Notes: generated from the sequence alone by a model not told the origin. 62,327 nucleotides of DNA from Mustelus asterias (GCF_964213995.1 NW_027592149.1:1-62327), one strand, 5' to 3'; positions 13,008 to 25,384 are shown, counted from the stretch's first letter. Numbers and translations: made by a program.

Positions 13008-13899
13008 GTAAGGGATGCAAACCGAGGGAAAACAAATCATTCCGCTGTTAATCGGAATTAGAGATTTATTGAAGTTCGTGCGAAGCATAGAGCTGTCATG
13101 TAGTTTGCTGCAGGCGGATAGCGCCTCATTCAGAATTTCATCACATCAGCAATTATTTTTATTCTGTCATGAGATGTTCTTCATGGCCCATCCCTGAGAG
13201 CACTTAAGAGTCGACGACGTTGCTGTGGATCTGGAGTCACATGCATGCCAGAGCAAGATAAAGACAGCAGATTTACATTTTAAAAGGGCATTCGTGAACC
13301 ATTTACAGCAATGGCTTCATAATGATCGTTAGACTTTTAAATATCGTTTTTTAATAAAATCAAATTTGACCATTTGTGGTGGTGAGATTCGAATCTATGA
13401 CCCCAGACTTTTGCCCTCGGTTACAAACCCATTGATAACACCACCATGCCACTGCCTCTCCTTGAAGCAATGCGCCCTTCTAATTTGAAGTAATATAGTG
13501 ACCGAGGCGGACTTGATGTCGGCTTCTCCTGACACAGCTGGTAAAATTTGGAGAAACAGTAGGTGTCGGACTGTTTCACAGGTCACAGCGTAGGGGTAAA
13601 ATGTTGGAAAGTGCATCCACCCTATTTATAAACCAACGGCCATTAATTTTTCCTGAGTTCAGGATGGTCTATTTGTGTGGGAATGCTGCAATGCTGATTC
13701 ATGAGAATGATACCGCTGCTACAATACTTTAATAAAGAGAATAATTTCACAGAGCAACCTGGTTTTCCATTCACCATAGAAGTTGAAAGGCGATAGTTAG
13801 AGTTTGATAACTCGAAGGCGACTTCGTCTCCTTTAGGCTGAATACTGCTGTCCTGCTTCTGAAGGAGAACTCGAGTTGGTTTTCATTTTTCATTCACAG

Positions 13900-14208
13900 G
13901 TCCTTCCCAGTGCCCGGATTCCACAGTCACAATACAACCACCACCAATAGAACAAGTCTTACTCGAGGCGACTGTGACCTTAACCTGTATCATTTTCAAT
14001 TCTCCTTCTGGAGTCAACGTGTCCTGGATCCGAGACAGGAATTATTTGAAATCAGAGATTGCAGAAAAGCCTGGAGAGGATCCTGACAGCGTGGTCAGCA
14101 ACTTAAACATCTCGACACAAGCCTGGCTGAGTGGGGCTGTGTTTGACTGCGTGGTGAGCCATCAGGATCTGCCGACTCCTTTAAGAAAATCCATCCACAA
14201 GGAAAGAG
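13900..14208 (+). CDS. IGHM: IgM heavy chain constant exon Cmu3
   Basis: TTCACAG|...G|GTGAG, 309 nt. [29 protein letters not shown]...VSW...[19 protein letters not shown]. Confidence 0.96.
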
Positions 14209-14683
14209 GTGAGCTGAGAGATTGAAGCAACAAATGCGTCACTGTGTCTATTTCCAGTGTAAGTGTAATGGTCAATACTTAGTATTCAGTGCATTACCAG
14301 TCCTCTGAGTGGTAACTCTGCTAACTAAACGCTCTGGGCCTGTAGATATTTTTGCGTGGGATGTTGATGAATGAAAAGTGATCTGAAGAGAATGGTATTG
14401 GTTTATGATCGAATAAGTAGGGAGTAGTCTGGTGTGGTGCACAAAACCCAACGCAGAACAGTTGGGCCGAATAGCCTGTTTCTGTGTTGTAATCTTTCTG
14501 AAACTTTCCAGTCTAGCCCCAGTTATTTGACAAAGCGATTGAGTTCCCCTCTCCTCGAAGCAGGAAGTCAAAAATTGAAACATTTAAATTCGAAAGCAAA
14601 GCACAATTTTCTGATATCTAACCAGTGTTTTCATTGTTTGCAGAGTTCTCCAGTTTATTGACATTTATTGAAATTTTCTGCAG

Positions 14684-15075
14684 ATCCAAATCCGCGGAGA
14701 CCGTCCGTCTCTGTCCTCCTGCCCTCGGCAGAACAAATATCCGCTCAGAAATTCGTCTCCCTCAGCTGTTTAGTGAGAGGTTTCTCCCCCCGAGAGGTCT
14801 TCGTCAAGTGGACCGTCAATGACAAGCCCGTGAATCCCGGGAACTACAGGAACACCGAGGTGGTGGCGGAGAACGGGAATGGCTCCTTCTTCATGTACAG
14901 CCTGTTATCCATTGCAGCGGAGGAGTGGGCCAGCGGCACTTCTTACTCCTGCGTGGTGGGACATGAAGCTCTCCCCTTGAAGATCATCAACAAAACAGTT
15001 GACAAATCCAGCGGTAAACCCAGTTTTGTGAACATTTCTCCTGTACTGGTGGACCCCGTTAGTTCATGTCAATGA
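14684..15075 (+). CDS. IGHM: IgM heavy chain exon Cmu4 plus secretory tailpiece; internal donor for the TM splice at 15014
   Basis: [14 protein letters not shown]...[10 protein letters not shown]...[11 protein letters not shown]...[25 protein letters not shown]; penultimate Cys; G|GTAAAC at the SSG/K junction. Confidence 0.96.
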
Positions 15076-15111
15076 GAATCTATTGGTTATATTTCGAGCT
15101 GCAAGAAAAAT

Positions 15112-15117
15112 AATAAA
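15112..15117 (+). terminator. Poly(A) signal of the secretory mu transcript
   Basis: AATAAA 36 nt after the stop, followed by T-rich sequence. Confidence 0.75.
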
Positions 15118-15236
15118 GCTTTTTTCATCTGCTTATGAGTTAAACATCCAACCTGCTAATTCATTTTGATTCCTCTGTTTGCTATGGGCATAAATGCTCC
15201 TCCGACAGCAGATACTTACCAGTGTCTTGCCTCCCT

Positions 15237-15530
15237 ATGGCACAGTGGTTAGCATTACTACTTCACAACACCAAGGACCTGAGTTGGATTCCTGGCTTGG
15301 GTGACTATCTGTGTGGAGTTTACACATTCTCCCCGTGTCTTCGTGGGTTTCCTCTGACTGTTTCGGTTTCCTCCCATAGTTTGAAAGACGTGCTTTTTAG
15401 ATGCATTGGCCACGCTAGGTTATTCCCCAGTGTACCCGAACAGGCAACGGTATGTAGCGACTAGGGAATTTACACAGTAAATTTATCAGTGTTAACGTAA
15501 GCCTACTGTGACACTAATAAAAAAAGCCAT
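15237..15530 (+). mobile_element. SINE with HE1-like tRNA head and core and a different tail
   Basis: TGGCACAGTGGTTAGCA...TGTGGAGTTT.CACATTCTCCCCGTGTCT. Confidence 0.75.
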
Positions 15531-16898
15531 AAAAAATAAACCTCAATCTTAGAGATCCAGCGCTCCAAATTGAGATAGAGTACAGAATTAAGGTGGATTG
15601 GCGCTAATTAATTCAGTGATTACCCTGAGTAAGTTCAGCAAATTTCATCCAGTTACTGGTTGATGCGAAAACGTTCTAATTCCGAGCAACAAATGATTCA
15701 CTTTTAAATATAGACGACTCGTCAATCCCATCAAAGTTTTGATCATTTCTTCGTTGCAGAATCGCACCCAGTGGGGACTGGAGTCAGAGCGACACAAGAA
15801 TAACAACGGAAACTCTCATCCCCAGTCGCAGATAGGGCACTAGGCTGTTCAATCAATCCTCCATCAACTCGCCTGATAGAGAGGCGAGAAAATTGATTTT
15901 TTAACTCACTGTCCCCACTCACCTACCCGACAGAGGGGGAAAAGAGCAATTGTTTACCCATTAAACTCACTGTGCCAACAGAGAGAGGGGAAAGGGCGAT
16001 GGTTAACCCATTATACTCCGCCTCGCCAAGGAGACAGAGTGGAAAGGCACCGCTCCCTATTTCTGTGGACTCAGTTTATATTGGTTCAAAGTCGCTAATG
16101 GTAGGATGTATTAAATACTAACAGCCCAAAACGTCACTGGTGTTTGAATTCTTCTGGCTTTTACCCGTTCTATCCCTGATGTTCTGAGGACTGCTAATTG
16201 AATTGCTTCTTTCATTCAGCTTGTTGTCACATTGCAGCTCACATTACACCACATGAATTCCCAGAAAGAGGCGAATATTCCATTAATATCCTCTGACAGG
16301 GACAGTTCCGGTTCGGTTTAATCAGTAAAACTTGGAGCAATAACAATGATGTTCACGTACTGTCTCACACACACAGAAACAGAGATAAACATGCACATAT
16401 ACATCTCCACAAACACAGCACAGACCAGAAGAAAATACAAACATAAACATTAGTAACCCATGCCCCCTCGCAAATTAAAACTAAAGCATTCCAATTAAGA
16501 CTATCATAAACATTGACACGGGTGACCACTCATACACATGCATTAACAAACTCTAACATTCTTCCATAAACACAGGTCAACGGATTCTCTGACCCATCAC
16601 ATAAACTCACCAATAAATATTCACTCCCTCACAGTGAAAAGGGGTACACACAGAAGCAGGCACATTAACACACACATTAATTCATAGAGATGGATAAACA
16701 CTAAAATACACACATGGTCAATATATCCACATGATAGACTTAATTTCCAAATAAAACATACTTTAATTTATATATATATATGGCAGAACAGAAATTGAAT
16801 ATCGCTGAAAAAAGAAAGATGTTTAAGCTTTTCATCTTGCATTCCCCAGGCTCTTCACAGGAATAATAACTATCACGGGAACAGCAATTTATAATTCT

Positions 16899-18255
16899 TA
16901 GGGAGAGAGTGGCGAATGCAATGCATCTAACTGTGCGAGAAGCTGCATGCCCTCTCCAGGGACACCTGGCCGCGAACGTAGCCGCGGTAGAGGGGAAGAC
17001 AGTCAGGATGGACGGCCCCCTCGATCGCCCGCAGCCTGGACCGGTAAATGGCGCGTTTCGCCAGGCCCAGGAGCAGGTTCACGAGGAGGTCGCCATCCCG
17101 ACCCCAACAAAAAGAAAGTGCAACCTAAGACACAAAACATAGACATGGTCCACGGACTTCACAAGGCCACAGAAGGGGCAAGCTTCATAGCCCGTGAACC
17201 AGTGAATCCTACGGTTGTGCGGAACTGCTGCATGCATCACCCTTCACCCCAGGTCCCCGATGTAATTGGGGCAATCCCTCCGTAGAGGGACCTCTACGGA
17301 AACAAGGCCCGCCAAGGTGTATCCGGGCGACAGGCAAGGAGGCGGTAGTGGAAGGTGTGCAGCAGCAGCCCACACAGGAAACGCCTCCGCGCGGTAGGAA
17401 AAGGCACGGAGGACATTTCCACGAGGCGGCTCAGGCTGTGGGGCACCTGACCCGAGGAGGAGGGTTGAAGTTTTGGGCCAATGTGGAATTCTGTCCGAAC
17501 AGGGGAACGCTCGGGCGGGATCCCACCGCACGCCTGCGCCGCCTCGAGTTTGCGTGCAGTTTCGGGGCCGAGCACGACCGTCCTAAGGTCTAGGATGGCT
17601 TTGGCCGTGTGCCGGACGGTCGTCCCCACGCGCTCAGCCAGCACGCGGGGGCCCATCCAGCCCGCTCCTCCGCCATCGAGCACGTCCCCGATTCTGGTCA
17701 CCCCGGCGTTCACAGCCCTCCTCTCCGCCAGCCACCTGAAGTCATACGGCTGGAGGAGCGGATTCCTGAGCAGCGGCTCTCGCACGAGAGCTGCTACTCC
17801 TGACGGGGGAGAGCTGTGTCGCGAGGCGACCGTGTTCCAGACGGTGAGGTAAAAGATGGGCAACTCCTGCAGGGCGGTCGAAGCACGCCCCAGTTCGATA
17901 TGCAGGAGCTGCACGTCATAATTGAGGCCGTGCCAGTGGCAGAAGAAATATGGCACACCATTGTGGAGGGGGCTCAACGTAAAGGTACCTTTAGCGGAAG
18001 GTCGCTATCTGAGTGCGGAGGCACACCAGACCTTGTCCGCCCTCCTCAAGCGGGAGATACAGAACCGCAGCAGGGACCCAGTGCAGTCGATTGCCCCAGA
18101 AGAACCGCAGGAGGGTTCTCTGGATATTGGCGACAAAGTAAGAAGTTTAACAACACCAGGATATTGGCGACAAAGCCAGGGGGAGGGGTCAAAGGGACCA
18201 GCCGGTACCACAGCATGGAGGCGAGCAGCTGGTTTATGACGAGAACCCGCGCCCG
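16899..18255 (-). mobile_element. Tx1-like (L1 clade) retrotransposon ORF2 C-terminal fragment, disrupted
   Basis: GC-rich block. LVINQLLASMLWYRL...PPP and LP.FY..VW...LVREPLLRNP motifs recalled as typical of Tx1 ORF2. Confidence 0.75.
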
Positions 18256-18934
18256 TGAATGGTCACAAACACTCACCTCTGAAACAATTTAACTGATTTT
18301 AATATTAAAATCTCCTGCTGGAGCCTGCAGCTGGAAAGATATCAGAAGCATTGGCATCAGAGAAAAATCTCCCAGTTGAGGAAATCCCCGGGGAGCGGGG
18401 GTGATGTCACTGTGCAATTGTAAGTATGTGATGAGATCACAGACAGGAATACAGAATACCTGGGTCTGTGCAAACCAGTGATCACCACACATTATGGAGG
18501 ATGTGAGGCTCCTTGACAGGGTGCAGAGGAGATTTATCAAAATGGTTTCAGGGATGAGGAATTATAGTTACAATGTTAGGCTGGATAACTTGGGGTTGTT
18601 CTCCTTGGAGCAAAGTAGATTGATTGAGGTGTACAAGGGTACATGGAGGTGTCAAAGTTTACATGCTCTGTTTACACGTGTACAAGCTCTGACTATGGGT
18701 CATCCAGTCTCGAAACGTTGGTTCTATTCTCTCTCCACAGATGCTGTCAGATCTGCTGAGATTTTCCAGCATTTATTGTTTTTATTTTCCTTTCTTTTTC
18801 CTTCTCTACCACCGCTCTGCTTCATCAATAAGACATTGGGACTCAGGGTTGATGCAGTTTGATGGACAGGTTGTCTCCATTCTGAGCACTGGGGAACAAG
18901 CCCCTCCCACTGATTGACATCATTGCCCTCTACA

Positions 18935-19340
18935 AACATGGCGGCCGCACGTGCGCACTGCTGCCTATTGCCCCCAATAAAGATGGCGAACGTTAACCCT
19001 GGACGAACACGAGGAGCTGCAGCCTTGCTCGGTACAAACTGGGTCCGGGAAGTTCTCTTCCGCGGTTTGCGGCTTACACAACATGCTTATGCAGCGTTTC
19101 CACCCACCTGGACGATCCATTGCTCTCTCCGTACCTCCAATCACCTCTAACAGATTTCCGAGCCCACAGCAAAAGCCGTTTCCCATCGCCATTACTCATA
19201 CTGCGCATGCTCGAGTCAAAGTTGGCCCCGCCCCTCGTTCGCTCCGATTGGTTGGAGGACCGACCGCTCCATGTCGGTCCTCCAGCACTGTCCCCTCTTC
19301 CCATTGGTCCGCGCTGCCGTCAATCAGCCGGGCATTGTGA
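18935..19340. promoter_or_regulatory. CpG-rich promoter-like module (YY1-like ATGGCGGC, NRF1-like TGCGCATGC, GC box, CCAAT boxes)
   Basis: Motifs are visible; the module is an inverted paralogue of 26395-26800. Confidence 0.6.
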
Positions 19341-19367
19341 CGGTGATTTGCTGCTTGTCCAATAATA

Positions 19368-20787
19368 ACAGTAAGAAGTTTAACAACACCAGGTTAAAGT
19401 CCAACAGGTCTATTTGGTAGCAAACGCCACACAAGCTTTCGGAGCCTCAAGCTCCTTCTTCAGGTGAGTGGGAATTCTGTTCACAAACAGAGCTTATAAA
19501 GACACAGACTCAATTTACAGAATAATGGTTGGAATGCGAATCCTTGCAGCTAATCAAGTCTTAAAGGTACAAACAATGTGAGTGGAGAGCTTCCACTCTA
19601 AACACGTTAAAGAAGCCATCCCCTACGGACAAGCCCTCCGTATACACAGGATCTGCTCGGATGAGGAGGATCGCAACAGACACCTCCAGATGCTGAAAGA
19701 TGCCCTCATAAGAACAGGATATGGCGCTCAACTCATCGATCGACAGTTCCGACGCGCCACAGCGAAAAACCGCACCGACCTCCTCAGAAGACAAACACGG
19801 GACAAGGTGGACAGAGTACCCTTTGTCGTCCAGTACTTCATCGGAGCGGAGAAGCTACGGCATCTCCTCTGGAGCCTTCAACATGTCATTGATGAAGACG
19901 AACATCTCGCCAAGGCCATCCCCACACCCCCACTTCTTGCCTTCAAACAACCGCACAACCTCAAACAGACCATTGTCCGCAGCAAACTACCCAGCCTTCA
20001 GGAGAACAGTGACCACGACACCACACAACCCTGCCACAGCAACCTCTGCAACACGTGCCGGATCATCGACACAGATGCCATCATCTCACGTGAGAACACC
20101 ATCCACCAGGTACACGGTACATACTCTTGCAACTCGGCCAACGTTGTCTACCTGATACGCTGCAGGAAAGTATGTCCCGAGGCATGGTACATTGGGGAAA
20201 CCATGCAGACACTGCGACAACGGATGAATGAACATCGCTCGACAATCACCAGGCAAGACTGTTCTCTTCCTGTTGGGGAGCACTTGAGTGGTCACGGGCA
20301 TTCAGCCTCTGATCTTCGGGTAAGCGTTCTCCAAGGCTGCCTTCACGACACATGACAGCGCAGAGTCGCTGAGCAGAAACTGATAGCCAAGTTCCACACA
20401 CGAGGACGGCCTCAACCGGGATATTGGGTTCATGACACACTATCTGTACTCCCCACAGCTTGCCTGGACTTGCAGAGTCTCACTGGCTGTCCTGTCTGGA
20501 GACAATACACATCTCTTTAGCCTGTCTTGATGCTCTCTCCACTCGCATTGTTTGTACCTTTAAGACTTGATTAGCTGTAAGTATTCGCATTCCAACCACT
20601 ATTCTGTAAATTGAGTTTGTGTCTTTATATGCCCTGTTTGTGAACAGAATTCCCACTCACCTGAAGAAGGAGCTTAAGGCTCCGAAAGCTTGTGGCTTTT
20701 TCTACCAAATAAACCTGTTGGACTTTAACCTGGTGTTGTTAAACTTCTTACTGTGTTTACCCCAGTCCAACGCCGGCATCTCCACAT
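19368..20787 (+). mobile_element. Penelope-like element, 5'-truncated: RT thumb plus GIY-YIG endonuclease, flanked by about 220-bp inverted terminal repeats
   Basis: ORF 19582-20355 has IPYGQALRIHRICS, CxxC and NVVYLIRC...WYIGETMQTLRQRMNEH. 19368-19590 is the reverse complement of about 20533-20753. Confidence 0.92.
20653..20695 (+). ncRNA. Minimal type I hammerhead ribozyme-like motif in the Penelope terminal repeat
   Basis: cac-CTGAAGA-a-GGAGC-ttaag-GCTCC-GAAA-gc-TT-gtg. Confidence 0.65.
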
Positions 20788-20940
20788 TAGCAATAACAGA
20801 GTCTCAGTGTAACAATGACACACACAGGCTCCAATACAATCAGAGTGGAGATGGGGCACAGAGACAACACAGCAAAGCACTGACTTACTCTGAGTGTAAC
20901 AAATACAATGTTTGTTCAAATAATAAGAGTCACGTTGCAG

Positions 20941-23477
20941 TATGTTAGCAAACACAGCATTGGATCCAATGTAATGGTAATACAGTCAGTATCTCGTGCA
21001 CCATAACCAAAGTTTCGGTTTCATTTGATAGTGTGAGTGAGTTATGGTCTATTGATATAATGTATTTAGATTCCGGTGTGTGTTACTCTGCCACTGTCAG
21101 TATCAGACAATAGCCTGTCTGTTATTCCAATTCTGCTGTATTCTACAACTGCAGTTTCAGTGTCTCTGAGGTCATTTTAACTGCAGGTAATCTGACATTA
21201 ATGGAGACAAGAGGCCCAACAAACATTTGATTATAATAGGAGGACAAAGTGTAAGGGAACAATGATATTTTAAGGTGTCTGTGTTGTGGTGAGTGTCACT
21301 GGGAGGTGAGTGATAAAATACAAGTGGAAACATCATGACAGAGACATGTGACTGACTCGGCCTGACTGAGAGCTGTTATACTCGAGGCGAGAATAATGAG
21401 GACATGGGGAACTCCAGGGATTTCTGATATCTGAGGTGTATCTGTGAGAGGAACTGAAAATAATCAGTTCTTCCTCATGGTTATCTCCAGTTCTCAAGTT
21501 ACACAGACACACAGGAAAGAGATCTGACAGCTCATCAAACCCAATATTTTAATCTTCTGTTTGAGACACATTATAATCGAAAAGATCAAATATTAAAACC
21601 TGAGGAGAGAAACATTCAGAATGTCACAAAGATGAGTGAACTGTCTAATTAATCCCATTCACCATAACTTTGCCAATTTATCCTCTGCAAGTATTTATCC
21701 AATTCCCTTTGAAAGCTACTATCAAACTTGCTTCTAGCACCTGTCAGTTAGTGCATTCCAGATCATATGAAGTTATTGTGTAAAACATTCTCCTTATCAC
21801 CCCCTCCAGTTCTGTTGTCAATTAAATTAAATCTCTGTGTCCTCTGCTTACAGACCTTCCTGCACGGAGGAAATCGATTCTCTCCATCGACAAACCCTCG
21901 TGCTCCTGGGAGATAATTTCTCTCCATTGACACTATCATAAATTATTTGTCATTTTAAACACCTCTATTAAATCTCCCAGCACATTCCCCAACCTAAGAT
22001 GGATAACCCATGTTTCTCCTGCCCTGAAGAATTATATGGACTCAAAATGTTAACTCTGAACAGATGCCGCTGGACCTGCCGGGTTTTTCTGCTTTTCTCC
22101 CTGTCATTCCTTCCATAATCAATCAGAAACTCTTCATGATTTTGAACATCTTGATCAAATAGGAACAATCAGAGCCTGAGAGAGATACAGAGGGAGAGAC
22201 AGAAAGAAAAATTGAGAGATTTTAAAAAGCAGAAAGATGAGGTGGTCAAAGATAAAAGCTGAGAAACAGAGGAAACAAGCAATACAGAGAGAATGCTCTG
22301 TATGTAAGGGAGCAGGCTATCAGTTCCCAGCTGTGGGGAGCACAGGGAACTCAGTAACTGATCCACAGACACAGCTGGTTATATCTGCGAATGGAAACTC
22401 TGAACAGAAATAACTGGCTCATTTGTAAATGTCACCACAATGTGACCTGTGTGACTCTGCCCTGACTCTGTGGACAGATAAAGGTCGCATTGACAGATGT
22501 TCTCACCAGATTGTGGTCCCTGGATTTATTTTCTGCTCAGAAGTGAGATGTGCGTTTTTGAACCGGCAGCAGAGAAACAGGAAGTTGTGATACCTGAGAA
22601 TGAAACAGCCGGCGTCAGTTTGATGTTATCACCGTGAACAGTCTTCCTGCCTGTGAGGGTGAACTCACTCTGACAGCATCAAGAACAACCACACAGATTG
22701 CTGCCGCTCTCAGCATTACATTCACCTCCATTCCCATTTTAAACAATAAAGAAAGGAGATTATTTGGATTTTTAACACATTCACTGAATTGGGAGATGGA
22801 CTGAGGGTCATCACTGGGAGAAATGAGGAGGAATTAGAGAACAAATGAGTTTTCCCAAAGAGGGTTATTAGAAAAGAGTAGATTTAAAGTGAGTCAGGGC
22901 CTGTCAGAGGAAGTGGGAGAGAGAAACAGAGAGGATTGAATCTCCATCAATTAGATGTTTTCTCAGACAGCGAAGAGAGATGAAGTTTGTTTGTGCCTTT
23001 TCAGAGAGAGGTAACGAGAGAGAGAAAACAATGAATAAGTTTAAGCAGATCTGAAATAGGAAGGTTAAATGAGTGAGTGTTTGAAAGAAAGATAGAGAGA
23101 CATTAAGTGATGAACACAGTATCTGAGAGGGAAGAGGTTAAGTGAATGAGAGAGGAGCGAGGTTAGAATGTAAGAGAGATGGAAGGTAACGTGTGAGTGA
23201 ATGCCTGGAGAGAGAGAGAGAGAGAGAGATGTTCAGTGAGTGTTAGAGAGATGAGAGAGGTTAAGTGATTGAGTTTCTGAAAGAGAGGAGATGTTGAGTG
23301 AGTGAATGTCTGAAAGAGAGGAGAGCAGGTTCACACCCAGGGGTCACTGAGAATGATCAAAATAAGGAGATCACCCAGAAAACTACCAACAGGAAACTTC
23401 AGCTGAACACATCACTCATTCTTAAATGGTCAGTCAGGGCTCTGATGCTGCTCAGCTTCTCTCTGTTCTGTTTATAA
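20941..23477 (+). pseudogene. Candidate decayed IgSF receptor gene: VJ-type exon 20941-21186, C-like remnant about 21270-21500, connecting peptide/TM exon 23329-23477
   Basis: Phase 1-1 exon with GNTVSISCTIT...DSGVCYSA...EVILTA|GTAA and 2 stops; VCVVV...KYKW; TM-like ILKWSVRALMLLSFSLFCL. Confidence 0.35.
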
Positions 23478-24237
23478 TGGTTAAAGGCTGATAGGAGTGA
23501 GGTTTATTTAAATGGATAGTGTATGGGAAGCACACAACAAAACTGAGAATTCTTGGACACACACTGCAGCTCCTTCTCTATCTGGGAATCAAATTGTTGT
23601 CTCATTGTCCCAGCAGTTAACAGGCTCCTTTGAACTTCTCCAGCTGCTACTTTAATGCAGACTTCAACCAATTTATTTGAAGCCAGTTTCTGTTCAATAA
23701 ACCAGGACTGACACACACACACATTAAAATGTTTTACACTTTTTTTCATTCTCAGTCTGGAAACCTAAACCTGCCGTTTCACTCTCAGTCAGGAATAGAT
23801 CCCAGTTTTACACCAATCTTTGACAGCACGTTTCCCGCATTCACCGTTGTTCTTCCTGACTCTAAACACAGTTGTAAAGGAGCTTCTGTTCCGTGTCCAG
23901 GAGCTCTGAACCATGGAAAAGAACGACTGGGACACATTTCTTACACACCTCAGGATTCACCCACGCGGGGACTTTGCTGTCAGTGAAAAGTGACGAAAAA
24001 GACCAAAGTGCTGTGTGACCCTCTCAGCGAGACCCTGAAGGACTGTGTCAAGAATGAAGTTCTGTTCCTACTGTATGATCCTCCCTCAGATTGCCCTTTC
24101 TGAGCTCCAGCCTGGTGACGTTAAACACTCAAATGGAAAAGACAAAAATCTACAACAATGATTCAATCAAATGTCTATTTCACATTTATTCAGAATATCA
24201 AACCTCAACAGAAGAAAAAAGTCAGAGAGAACATGAT

Positions 24238-25384
24238 TCAGACCTGGATATGATTAACAGCATCAATAAGTGTAGAATCCAAACCTTGCAGTCGTTTGTG
24301 AACTCGCCGGTGTGTTAGCAGGTGGGATGACTGAATAAATCCCTTTCCACAGACATTACAGGTGAATGGCCTCTCCCCAGTGTGAACTCGCTGGTGTTTC
24401 AGAAGATAAGATAAATGAGAAAATCCCTTCCCACAGACAGAGCAGGTAAATGGCCTCTCCCCACTGTGAACTCTCTGATGTGTCAGCAGGTTGGATGACT
24501 GACTGAATCCCTTCCCACACATGGAGCAGGTGAACGGCCTCTCCCCAGTGTGAACTCGCTGGTGATTCAATAGGTTGGATGAACGAGTGAATCCCTTCCC
24601 ACACACGGAGCAAGTGAATGGCCTCTCCTCACTGTGAACCTGCTGGTGTGTCAGAAGGTTGTATGAACGGGTGAATCTCTTCCCACATTCAGAGCAGGTG
24701 AACGGTCGATCCCCTGTATGGAGCTGCTGGTGTATCAGAAGGTTGGATGAATTAATGAATCCCTTCCCACAGTCTGAGCAGGTGAAGGGCCTCTCCCCAG
24801 TGTGAATTCTCTGGTGGTTCAATAGGGCAGGTGGACGGCTGAATCCCTTCCCACACACACAGCAGGTGAATGGCCTCTCCCCAGTGTGAGTATATTGGTG
24901 CGTCAGCAGATCCTTTTTGTTTTTAAAGCTCTTCGCACAGTGGGAACAATTAAAAAGTTTGTTATCAGAGTGAACAAGTTGATGTGTCTGCAGGTGGGAT
25001 GACTGAATGAATCCTTTCCCACACAGAGCAGGTGAATGGTCTCTCCCCAGTGTGAATACGTTGGTGCGTCAGCAGATCTTTTTTGCATTTAAAACTCTTC
25101 TCACAGTCAGAACATGTAAACATTCTCTCATCTGTGTGAACAAGTTGGTGTGTCACAATGTGGGATGAGCGAGTGAATCCCTTCCCACACACAGGGCAGG
25201 TGAACGGCCTCTCCCCAGTGTGAACCCGTCGGTGAGTCAGAAGGTTGTATGAATGGGTGAATCCCTTCCCACAAACAGAGCAGGTGAACGGTCTCTCCCC
25301 AGTGTGACTGCGCCGATGAACTTCCAGTTGTGATGGGAAACCGAATCCTTTCCCGCACTCCACACATTTCCACGGTTTCTCCAT
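24238..25384 (-). pseudogene. C2H2 zinc-finger gene A, 13 fingers, frameshifted in finger 5
   Basis: TGERPF linkers. A 2-nt loss near 25022 (CSVWER instead of CSVCGK) splits it into ORFs 24965-25384 and 24238-24858. Confidence 0.88.

Noticed and set aside
15760-15803. Good acceptor TTGCAG| as a candidate mu TM or alternative exon
   Set aside because: The in-phase product ESHPVGTGVRATQE* is not hydrophobic and has no TM motif.
22669-22737. Minus-strand signal-peptide-like exon MGMEVNVMLRAAAICVVVLDAVR|GTGAGT
   Set aside because: Phase-0 donor and no downstream domain exon found; could be chance.
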